Assembly: GCA_043228905.1 (NCBI GenBank)
Contig: JBHGNT010000022.1
Location: 7,130,001-7,194,000, forward strand
DNA from: Azolla caroliniana
Lineage: Eukaryota > Plantae > Polypodiophyta
Length of the DNA stretch: 64,000 bases
Reading direction: 5' to 3'
Shown here: positions 51,270-62,100 of the stretch, piece by piece
Layout of the letters: each line of letters begins with the position of its first letter
Position numbering within the stretch: position 1 is the first letter of the stretch
Notes under the pieces: model-generated
Seen by the model: only the letters and a program-made list of their open reading frames with translations
What the model was told of the DNA's origin: nothing
Databases searched by the model: none
Translations under genes and position numbers: made by a program

Positions 51270-51815
51270 GGTTCGTCGAACTTTAAATCTTTCGTCGAAC
51301 TTTGAATCTTTCGTCGAATGATGAACCTTCGTCGAATGATGAGGGTTCGTCGAAGGATGAACCTTCGTCGAATGATGAGGGTTCGTCGAAGGATGAACCT
51401 TCGTCGAATGATGAGGGTTCGTCGAAGGATGAACCTTCGTCGAATGATGAGGGTTCGTCGAAGGATGAACCTTCGTCGAATGATGAACCTTCATCGAATG
51501 ATCAACCTTCGTCAAATGATGTGAACCTTCGTCGAATGATCAACCTTCGTTGAATGATGTGAACCTTCGTCGAATGATCAACCTTTGTCGGAGGATGAAC
51601 CTTCGGCGAATGATGAGGTTTCGTCGAATGATGTGAACCTTCGTCGAATGATGAAGGTTCGTCGAAGGATGAACCTTCGTCGAATGATGAACCTTTGTCG
51701 AATGATATGAACCTTTGTCGAATGATGAACCTTCGTCGAATGATGAAGGTTCGTCGAAGGATGAACCTTCGTCGAATGATGTGAACCTTCGTCGAATGAT
51801 CAACCTTCGTCAAAG
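51270..51815. repeat. ~18-bp tandem array (~30 units) with a palindromic TTCGTCGAA core and partial 36-bp higher-order periodicity
   Basis: Alternating gaaccttcgtcgaatgat and gagggttcgtcgaaggat units. Confidence 0.95.
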
Positions 51816-52044
51816 GATGCTTCTCTTATCGAACTCTATTCTTTTGACGAACTTTGCATGGGAAATTTGAGTTTTTTTGGCACCAACGGTCGTTTCGTGT
51901 CCCGTGGGATGATCGTAATCCACGAGAATCGCGGTGGTTATGCTTGCCCTTTAACGGCTCAATCTCCACAATGTTTAGTGTTAACCGAACGAATAGCTTG
52001 TTGATGTCTGAGTGATTAAGAGGGGGTAGTTCAAAACTTCTTTT

Positions 52045-52435
52045 AAAAAACAGAAAATCAACTTAATTAAACTATGAATTAGTGAGAAAAAACAGAAAAT
52101 CAACTTAATTAAACTATGAATTAGTGAGAAAAAACAGAAAATCAACTTAATTAAACTATGAATTAGTGAGAAAAAACAGAAAATCAACTTAATTAAACTA
52201 TGAGTTAGTGAGAAAAAACAGAAAATCAACTTAATTAAACTATGAATTAGTGAGGAAAAACAGAAAATCAACTTAATTAAACTATGAATTAGTGAGAAAA
52301 AATAGAAAATCAACTTAATTAAACTATGAATTAGTGAGAAAAACAAAAAATCAACTTAATTAAACTATGAAATAGTGAGAAAAACAGAAAATCGACTTTA
52401 ATTAAACTATGAAATAGTAAGAAAAACAGAAAATA
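52045..52435. repeat. 42-bp tandem array (~9 copies)
   Basis: Unit aaaaaacagaaaatcaacttaattaaactatgaattagtgag. Confidence 0.97.
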
Positions 52436-52521
52436 GTGGTTCTCTTTTGATTTCTTCCTTCGTTAAGTGGGTTGCCTTCGAGTTTTCGACTACTCGAAAT
52501 AGGCTTCAAGCGTCGGTCATA

Positions 52522-52539
52522 TCCCCGGCAGCGGCGCCA
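52522..52539 (-). promoter_or_regulatory. Primer-binding site, tRNA-Asp type as in Athila elements
   Basis: Minus strand TGGCGCCGCTGCCGGGGA, 6 nt from the LTR; the Athila consensus is TGGCGCCGTTGCCGGGGA. Confidence 0.85.
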
Positions 52540-54231
52540 AACAGATGTTAAGGATCTATGTATCGATGGAGTAAGCTCCTCGATGTCGTGGCGGGATTCG
52601 GACCGTCGTATACCCTCTTGATGGCAAATCGGGCGGAGATGGTTGTCGGATACCTCCGAGCCTCACACTCACTCAACGATTAGTAAATGATTAAGCACGA
52701 TATCTCTCTCACTCTCTCAAGCTCTCTCTTATAGACAATAGATTAATAGATATAGACAATAAGAAGAAAGAGTATGTCTATTATTAACCCTCTTTGCTAA
52801 GAGGTCTAGCACCAACAAGGAGAGAGATTAGTGTTCTCTAACTCAACACTTCACTAATCTCTCTTAAGCTCAAAGGTTACAAGAAGGAGGAGAGGAAGCT
52901 CTAGCTCTAATCAATAGGAGATCTTTACAAATGGGAGAACCCCCACAAAGCCACTACTATGTGGTTTATATAGCTTTCACGTTTAGGGTATGGGCCTTTC
53001 ACACTCCGATGTCCTTTAGCCCTCTTTCCTCTTGTCATTCCCTCTTCGTAGGTCCTTTAACCATACTGTGTCCTTGTTGATGCGCTCTTCTTCACAACTA
53101 GTTGTGGTGTTATCCAAGGGCTTAACACACCAAGACTGATTGTAAATCCAAAAATCTCTCTTTCTTCTTTGACATTGAAAACTTTGTTTTAATCAAGATT
53201 GATAACATATCACCATGTAACAACACAATTCAAAATTAAAGACTGAAGAGCGAATGCTTTGATGGAAAAGCATCCTAGTATATTTATGTTCTCTATCCTC
53301 CTCCCAAATGTAAACAAGAGAATCGTTGCTCATGGTGGTCCAGATAGATGCCCAAATCAAACCAATTGACCAATCTTTCAAGCAATACTAATAGCACCCA
53401 CCTTTGAAAGCCAAGATACACTGTGCTATCCCCAAGCCAATGCATTGAGGCAATGATGAAAACAAATTGGAAAATCATGTAGCTAAAGTGTGGAATAAAA
53501 GTTTACATAAAGAATATGATCTTTCCTCACATCTTCCACTGTCAACTTTGGTACATTTAACATTATTGATTAGTCAAGCTCGATGTTCTCTCAAACAATG
53601 AGGTAGTTTCTCACATAGCTCTACATAAACATAAATCTATATTACTAGAAGTGGCTCCACCACAGCTATGAATAGTTCAGCTCATCATTCCTGCTTGGCA
53701 TTTTCTCTTGAATACGTCTTTCTTAATAAAAGCATTTATAATTAATTAGACAGATGAACCAATGGTATAGTTGAACACTTGACAAATAATGGCTTTATGA
53801 TTACAAAATGTCTCTTTCAATAAACCATATGTTCAACTATATTAAGAGTCAATTTATGCTATTAAATGCTAGCACTTTATTAGTATAGTGAAGGATTCTA
53901 AAACAATAACATAAACAGTAAGTTTGATATATCTCACAAAATAATACTTGTTATAATATGTTACACATATCTATGTATAATGTGCAGAAGTAAATATTTA
54001 TTCTATATTAACTGAAATTTATATCTTAGTAAACAAGAAACCTTCCATAAGAGTCAATAAAAACACATTTTACAAAAGCTAGGTATAAGATGAGGTATTT
54101 GTAAACATATGGCTATTCTTTGCCATTGATTTCTATATCTTTTACAGGGCTTCCAATTTGAATATATATTGGCTATTATTTATCTCTAGTTTCGATATCA
54201 ATGTTTTTTACATTAAATTAGTGACCAAATT

Positions 54232-55365
54232 TCAGCTTTCCAGTGTATGTACATAACTCCCCACTCTAATTGGTCTTTCAAATTGACATGAAGGGTGTTG
54301 TGCCAAAAGCAGTCCAAATAAAATCTTTCCCTGTAATATATCCCCCAAACCCCCAAAAAAGAAAATAAATGAGTTACATATAGACCTATACATATGCAGC
54401 TTAATATTGCAGAAAATGGAAAAACACTAATATACCCATAACTTGTTGGGCATTTACCAGAACACTATCTTTCTCTTTTAAAAATGTACTTACAACAACA
54501 GAAGGATATTGAGTTAGTTTTTGGAAACTATGGGGATCTTCTGGTAAACACAAACAAAATTACGAATATTTGGTGATTCTCCTTCCTAAGATTAACAACA
54601 TTCTAGAGAATAAATAACATAGAGATTCAACAACATTTTTTCATTTTATAAATTGATAGATTTCAGTACAAGGAAATATCATGTCGTTTAAAATCAAATA
54701 CATGTAAAGATATGCTTTTGAATCTTCTATACGAGGCAAGTGTGAGCAAGAGATTAGCCCCCTCATCAAATTTCCCTGTTATTTGATTGATATTGATCAT
54801 TTGACATCTATTACAACCACCCAAGACCTGAACCACAAGTACATAATGCAAGAAAATGTTAAGGAAAAGCTAACTACTATATAAGCATTCAAATTAGAAG
54901 AGTATGATGATGAACATTGTAAACAATATAAACTTACATCAAACTTTTCCTTTTCGATGTACAAAGACTTCCAGTTATCTTCCTCGAAAGGAAATCCGCC
55001 TGCTATGACAAAGTTCAGTCTAAAGCGCAGCGCATCGACCTGCAAAGTTTCTTCTATGTTTTGACGAGAAACAAAAAAAAGACACTTAGCAAAATATTTT
55101 CAGGCACAAAGTAGTTCTCTTAAATGTAACAACTGATGTAACTATCAAACAATCTCGATTCCCAAAATAAAATCTTACTCTGATTCAAATTTTCACTTTT
55201 ACATGTTGATGTTTCAGAAAATATCAACTGTTTGCTGACATCCTCAAGACTCGCTAAGGAAACCAGAAGAAACTGTCCTTCAATTGCAAAACTCAACTCT
55301 CTCTCCTCTTTAGAGGGATGTTGATCAGACCTCCTCTCCCTAGGCCTTAAATGTCTACTGCTTGG
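54232..55365 (-). pseudogene. ABA3: 3' fragment of a molybdenum cofactor sulfurase (ABA3/MOCOS-like, MOSC domain) gene with introns
   Basis: Exons: ~55365-55204 (LSFAIEGQFLLVSLASLEDV), ~55040-54938 (LRFRLNFVIAGGFPFEEDNWK, donor gtaagt), 54827-54717 (VLGGCNRCQMINI..TLASYRRFK) and 54330-54232 (GKILFGLLL..RVG..stop). No 5' part is present, conserved residues are altered, and one donor is not canonical. Confidence 0.85.
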
Positions 55366-55412
55366 TGTCTTTCTCACAATATTTCGTGACCTTCATAGAT
55401 GATTGTAGCTGG

Positions 55413-55782
55413 TGTTGTCTGTCTGGCCGGACTAGCCTCAACACAGGTGTCTACCCGACACTTCTCCAAAGGGGTGGTAAGGATTGGATGCTAGGTTACA
55501 CGCATAAGATGATTACAATTAAGCATGGACGGCAAACAATACGAGATACAGATAAATACACAATAATTACTATTGTATTACTTCCGTCAAAACACTTTAC
55601 AAATCATCGGATCCTTTTATAGGCATCTGGCAAGGTTACAATCGGTGCGCTTAGGCAACCGACATCCGAATCGGTACCACTGTACCGAATCCGTCCCTCC
55701 GAATAATAATTCTACTATTACTTCCTATTATCCGATCCGATTCCGCCTTCCCACTTGTCCTTGCTCTTCTGACCGGCCAACA
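55413..55782 (-). repeat. Candidate 3' LTR of the right-hand gypsy element
   Basis: Abrupt junction at tgttg (55413) and a possible ccggccaaca end. No clear PPT, and the partner LTR is outside the window. Confidence 0.35.
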
Positions 55783-55832
55783 CATGGCACGCCCGTGGGA
55801 AAGTGCCTTGCACTTCGAATCCACTCCCGGCC

Positions 55833-58736
55833 TCAGTCTTCCTCCAAAATATCGAGCACACTTTGCTCGATAGTGTCAAGTGGTGCTTCTTCTTCCTGTT
55901 CCTGTTCCTTGCCTACCTGGTCTCCGACCTCCTGTTGGGTAGGCTGTTCCGTAAAAATTTTCTGCTCCGGCTCTGCTTGATTCCGTGGTGCCGGTGCTTC
56001 CTCACCGCTTCGTCCGAGTTCTTCCTGTTCTCCCTCCGTTCCTGGCTCTGTTCTGTTACCGGTGTCGCTTTCTCCGGTCTCGACTGGTCGACTTGATATG
56101 CCTCCTTCCTCTGCTCTGGTGTCTTCCGGTCTCAGCTCTTCTTCTTCTCCGGCATCGGTCCGCTCCTGCTCTTCTTCAAGTTCGTCTTCAGGTATTCCTT
56201 GTCGGGGTTGTTCGGTGTCGGTTGGTTCATCTTCATCCGGTCGTGTTCCCTCACCAATAGTGGTTGGCGTCGTTCTTCCCTTAGCTTCCTGTCGTAACCG
56301 GTCCTGCTCGTATCTCTCCAACTCAAACTGAGTTGCGAGCTGCCCGTCATCCAACCTCTCTACCAACCCTCGGATTTCTTTGAGGTGTTCTTCTGCTAAA
56401 GTGTAGAAATCCTCCGACAATTCCTCCCGAATGGCGACGATACTTTCTTCATCCATCTTGTAGAACCTGTCACCGGTCTTCTTCCGATTCTCGGCATCCG
56501 CTCAGAGTGTCTGCAGCTCGGCTACCTGTTGTGACCACTCCTTCCATAGCTTTTCCGTACTTTCGTTGATACTTGCCTGAGCTCGGGTACTCCATCCTGA
56601 CATGATGAGCTTGATCCGGTCGACTCCTGCCTTAGCATGCGCATAAGCTTCCTGCTTTTCCTTCCTTGCCCGTTTTATAATGTCGGCCATTATCTGAGCC
56701 TGGGCCTCGTAATCTGCTTTCTGCTTTTCATAGGTACTCTGCAGTTTGCTGATCGCGAAGGTTGATTTTTCCTTTTCTTCATTCCTGATCTTGGTCAGGT
56801 TCAGCTTTTCCCGCCTTAGCGCCTCTAATTCCTTCCTTCTCTCCGTTGCTTGGGCTATTTCCGTCGACAATGCTTCCTTGTTGGCACTGACCTCATCCAT
56901 CGCCTTAGCCAGGTCTAATCGGGTCTCTTTGAGCTGCTCTTTCAGCTTCTCTATTTGCCGGTCGTAGTCTGCTGCTCGTTTTTTGTTGTCCGACTCGGCC
57001 TGCTTGTGATCTCGGTAGAGACGGTCGAAGTCCTCCGTCTTCTGCTTCAGGCGTCGGGTTGCCTGAGCTCTTAACCGATCGTCCCGGTCCTTCTGTTGTC
57101 GGAGTTCTTCCTGCAGTCGTTCTATCTCTTGTTCGGCATGTCGACGTAGTCGGTCCTTCTCCTTCTGCAGCTTCTCTTTTTCTTTTTGCAGTCGGTCATT
57201 AGCGGCTCGACCTTTCCGGAGGCCTTCTTCCATTTTTCGTCTGTCATCCTCCACCGCTTTCCGCTGCTCCCTTTCTCTTTCCCTTAATGCCTCCTGAGCT
57301 TGTAACTCCTCTCGTAAGGTTTCTATTATTTTTTCGGTCTCAGGGCCGGTTTGCAAGGCTACCGGTTCTGGTTCTGGTTCTGGTTGCTTCCTTGTTGTCC
57401 CGACCGGCTCGGTGACAGCTTGTGCTTGTTGAATTCCTTCCCTTGCCTGCAACAGCTCCCCTTGCATTTCCTCGATCTGTGTTCGGAGCGCGACCAACTC
57501 CTGAGTTGTTGTATGCGTCAGCTGTTGCCGACACGTTTCTTCTTTCTCTAACTGGTCCGCTACTCCCGATAACTGCTCCGAAAGCCATCTCAACCATTGT
57601 GGCTTTGTTCTTCCGATTTCGGGGTGGCCTTGCTCACTTAAGTCAGGCTGATTTTCCGGCCTCTTCTCTGGCTCTGGCTCCGGCGTTCGTTCCTTCTTCT
57701 TCTCTGGGATGACCGGTTTTCTGAAGTCCGGCCCAACCGGTGTCGGTGCTGCTTCCCTGGGTACGGGTTCCGGTGCTGTTTCCGCCTCGGCTACTGGAGA
57801 TGGTCCTTGCGCCCTCTGCTGAGTTCTGTCCACTGGTGGAGCCGGTCCTTTCGCCCGTTTCTCCCGACCTTGTCTTGCTGGGAGTCTTACCAGTGGTTCG
57901 GATGAGTCTTCTATTTCCGTTTCCTCCTCCGGTGCGGTTACCAGACGGACCTTTTGTCTAGAGACCTCTGGTTCCGGTTCCGGCCGTCGCAGCGTTATAT
58001 GGATTGGTTTGCGCACTACCGGTTCCTCGTCGGCCGCTTTCCCTTTGGCTTTACTTGCCGGTTTTGCCTTTGTTGCCGGTTCCTGTTGCTGTCGGGATGG
58101 TCCTTCCCCCTGCGGTTCTGCTTCTTGCGGGGTCCATCCGGGGGTGTGTTTCTCCAAGATCTGTCGGCGCTTTGTTATCTTTTTCGGTGTCGTCTCCTGC
58201 CGACCTCTTTTCTTTTGTGTGATGGGGAGTACCAGTGGGACTAACACCGTTAGCCATTGTGCTATCCCGGCCCATGGCTTTTTCCCTTCCACCAGATTTT
58301 TGATGGCCTCCTTCAATCCTTCGGTTATGAAATGGAGCCAGTCTATTTGTAAGCCCTCGTACGCTGCTATCAAGAATGTTGCCCGGTACTTGGCTATGGC
58401 TGGGGGACGGGGATTCACGAATCCGTATTCCATCATAGCGCGGGCCACTTCTCCGAACAACAGGTTCTCTCCGCCCTGCGTTCGGTACGCCTTGCTGCTG
58501 ATAGAGTATTCCCCGAAATATTCGATTAGGATTTCACTGGAAGGGTTTTCGATTGTTTGCAGTCCTCCTGCTTTGATCCCCATGAGTGCCTGCATCGCTC
58601 CTTTCGTGACTTCTGATATATCGATCGATGCTGCCGCCTGCTCTGGTTCTGCGTGTGGTGGAGCGTCGGCGATCCGCAGCAATCCTTTTAACCCGTTCTC
58701 CCTCATCCATTGGCGTGCCTCTTCCGACAGTACCAT
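55833..58736 (-). CDS. Extra ORF downstream of pol (env position): globular N-domain, P/E-rich linker, long coiled coil, conserved helical domain and acidic tail; ~967 codons with one in-frame TGA at 56502-56504
   Basis: ORFs 56502-58736 and 55833-56456 share a frame, separated by one stop and 15 sense codons. The homologous fragment at 45972-46405 has Arg at the stop position. Confidence 0.8.
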
Positions 58737-59168
58737 TGCTTCGAATTCTTCGTCTGCTGCCTGTTGTTCGGGATCGCGCTGTGTGTGCTCTGTGCATCGG
58801 GTCGCTCTTCTGTGCTTCTGCGCCTGTATCTAGGAAAATTCGTAAAAAGTGATCCCTTCGCAGGCCTGTGTCTTATATAGTGGGTTGTGCCTCGAGCCGT
58901 CCTTCTTCGTTTCCCGCGCATGTTCCTCTCCCGCCATAATTAGTATGTCCTTTCTTGTTTGCCGCGTGTGAGTGCCCACGTTCCCTGCTTTAAATAGCAA
59001 GTCCGCACACGTCCTTCTTTAATGCATGGCGCCTCTTCGTTGCATGGTGGCGCTCCCACCTCTTGTGATCTCCCCATCATTACGATGATTCGCGTCGATT
59101 TTGCCCACATCATTTTTTATTTTATTTGATTTTATATATATATATATATTTCTTTTGGTTGGACCACG

Positions 59169-62100
59169 TCATTTGCTGGTCCCCCCCGATTTGTTCGGGT
59201 CGGTTCGTGTGGATACCGGATCCTTCTGTCGGTTTTCCGGGATGGTCCTCGTCAGTATCGGTGTCGGTTCTTCCTCGGTCCGAGCAGCGTCTGTCGGTGT
59301 CGGTTCCTCATCTTGCCGGATTTCCGGGTTTCGCTTGAACGGGTTGGCTGGCATATTTCCTTTATACGGCTTTAGCCGAAATCCATTTGCCCACTTGCCG
59401 ATGACATCTCCAGACAACGTGCCGAGCTGATACGACCCATTGTACTCCTTGGTGATCCAGAACGGTCCGGTCCATCGAAACCGCAACTTTCCCGGCATGT
59501 TCCCCATCCTTGTCTGGAATAGTAGCACCGGTTTCCCGACTTCGAACTCCTTTTCATTGCCACGCCGGTGTCGGTCCACGAAGGCTTTTCTCCTCCTTTG
59601 CTCCAGTTCGAGTTGTAGTAAGCTGGCTATTCGGTTTTCCTCTAATTCCAACAACGTTGCCAATCGGATTCGTTCGGACTCGTTCTCACTTAAGCGCTCC
59701 TTTACCTGAATCCGTAAGCTGGGGATCTGGAACTCTACCGGCATGACCGCTTCTAACCCGAATGCTAGTCGGAACGGGGTTGTCCGGATGCTGGTTTTGT
59801 ACGTTGTTCGGTACGCCCATAACACGCTTTGCAATTTCGTATCCCAGTCGGTCCGGTTCTCGTTGACGATTTTTCGTAGGATGTTCTGCAGAGTTTTGTT
59901 CGTTGATTCCGCTAGTCCATTGGCTTGAGGGTAGTAGGGTGTACTCTTTTTATGTACCACCGAGTAAAATGACGTCAGGCTTTCTACTACCTGCCCGAGA
60001 AAATGTCCTCCTTGGTCACTTATAAGCTCGATCGGGCATCCATACCGGCACCATATGCATTCGTACAGAAACTTTGCCGTGGAAGCGGCCGTGTTGTCCC
60101 GTAAGGCCTTTGCTTCTACCCATTTGGTGCAATAGTCGGTCGCCACTATGACATACCGATTTCCGGTTCGCATTGCCGGTGGTTTGAAGGGACCGACAAA
60201 GTCCAACCCCCACTTTTGAAACGGTTCTAGGGGCAAGACCGGGTGGTGTGGCATCCGGGCCTGCTCTGTGGGTTGGCCCAGTCGTTGACACAAATCGCAT
60301 TCTCTGCTATACCTCACGGCATCTTTTAGGGTGGTCGGCCACCACAGCCCGCTCTGCCATATTTTCCGAGCGGTTGCGTCGCCGGCATAATGCCCGCCAG
60401 AAATTCCACAGTGGGCTTCCCTGAGGATTAGATCCTTCTCATCGCTCCGCACTGCTCGTCTCCAGATGCCATCTGCCCCCTTGTGATAGAGGGTGTCTCC
60501 AACCAAGCAGAAATGTCTACTTCTTACTGCTACCCTTTTCCTTTCATCGCGGTCCATGTTTTCCGGGGGAACTCCGGTGCTCAGGAACTGGTGCATCTCA
60601 GTTAGCCATGTGTCTTCGTTGGCTACCGTTGTATCCGTTGCCGGTTTCGTCGTGATCCGGAACAATTCGGCGTCGGGAAACTCATCCTGGACGCCGTCCC
60701 CTGCTTCTCCGGATTCAAGTCTGCTTAGATAGTCCGCTACCGCATGCTGCGCCCCGGGTCGGTGGAAAATGTCGAATTCAAATTCCTGTAGTAGCAGTGT
60801 CCACCGTGCAATTTTTCCCGTCAGGGATGCCTTCGAGACCAGGTAGAGTAGTGCCGAATGGTCGACATGGAAGGAAAACTTCCTTCCGAGCAGATAGTGC
60901 CTGTACTTTGTGACACTGTACACCATTCCCAATGCCTCGCGTTCCGTCGTAGAGTAATTCCGTTCGGCTTTTGAGAGTTTCCGGCTTGCGTAGTACACCG
61001 GTCGGTACCATTTCGGCTCTGTGAGTTGCATCAGAACGCTGCCGATTGCTACGTCCGACGCGTCGACGAAGACGTGAAAGCTTTTACTCCAATCCGGCGG
61101 TTGCACCACCGGAGCTTGCGACAACATGACCTTCAACGCTTTGTAGGCTTCCTCCTCCGTCTCTGCCCATAGGAAGGGTACCCTATGTACGGCGGTATGT
61201 AACGGTGTAGCGAAGTCCGCGAGGTGCCGTATCATCCGGCTATGCCACCTTATTTGGCCCAGGAACCGGCTTAAAGCGTTTGCGTTACTTGGTGCTGGTG
61301 CATCGAGAATCGCCTTGACTTTATCCGGATCTACCGCGATTCCTTCCTTACTCACCACGTGCCCTAGCAAGTTGCCGCTTGGCACTCCAAAGACGCACTT
61401 GGCCGGATTCAGGCTCAATCGGTACTCGCGGCACTTCTCCAAGCACAGCCGGAGGTGATCGAGATGCTCTCCATGCCGGCTGTAGACCGCGACATCGTCC
61501 AGGAAGACCTGCATAAAACCGGGGATATATTCCCCGAAAATTTCCATTATTATCCTTTGAAAGGTCGCTGGAGCCGTCTTTAGTCCGAACATCATCACGA
61601 CCGCGACGAACACTCCCCATTCCGTCACGAACGTTGTCTTCTCTTGGTCGGCCGGGTTCATTCGTATTTGGTTGTAACCGCTAAATCCATCCAGGAAGCT
61701 GTAAACTTCGTGCCCGGCTACCGCATCTAACACCCCGTCCGTAAATGGTAGTGGAAACGCATCGGTCACTGTTGCGGCATTTAGTTTTCGGTAGTCCACG
61801 CATACCCGGATATTTCCGTTCTTTTTCGGGACTACCACTATCGGACTCAGCCAGGTTGCCTGCTTGACCGGTCGGATAAATCCGACCCGGAGGAGCTTAT
61901 CAATTTCCTCCTTCACCTTTGCCGCATAATTCAGATTCATCCGGTACCTGCGTTGAGCAATCGGTTTCACGTCCGTACTTAGGTGAATTTGGTGCTGATA
62001 GAGCTGGGGGTCCAGCCCTCGCATGTCTTCGTACGACCACGCGAACACATCCTTGAAGTCTGTTAACAATGCTACCATTGCCTTCTTTTCTTCCTTCGGC

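Larger units (their letters stand above)
48013..53127 (-). mobile_element. 5' half of an Athila-like (non-chromovirus) Ty3/gypsy element: 5' LTR, PBS, repeat-rich leader, gag, protease
   Basis: LTR 52546-53127 with tgttaag..cttaaca ends; PBS TGGCGCCGCTGCCGGGGA; gag (FGLTLDDQAGIWF..LKQEVNETVRDY); protease (AIIDTRAGVSI..LLGRPFL); frameshifted. Confidence 0.9.

Noticed and set aside
51216-52346. Repetitive ORFs (STKVHPSTNPHH.., FFSLIHSLIKLIF.., NDEPSS..)
   Set aside because: They are translations of tandem arrays that happen to lack stops.
51270-52435. CRISPR-like appearance of the palindromic and 42-bp arrays
   Set aside because: The units are head-to-tail with no unique spacers, there are no cas genes, and the context is a eukaryotic retroelement leader.
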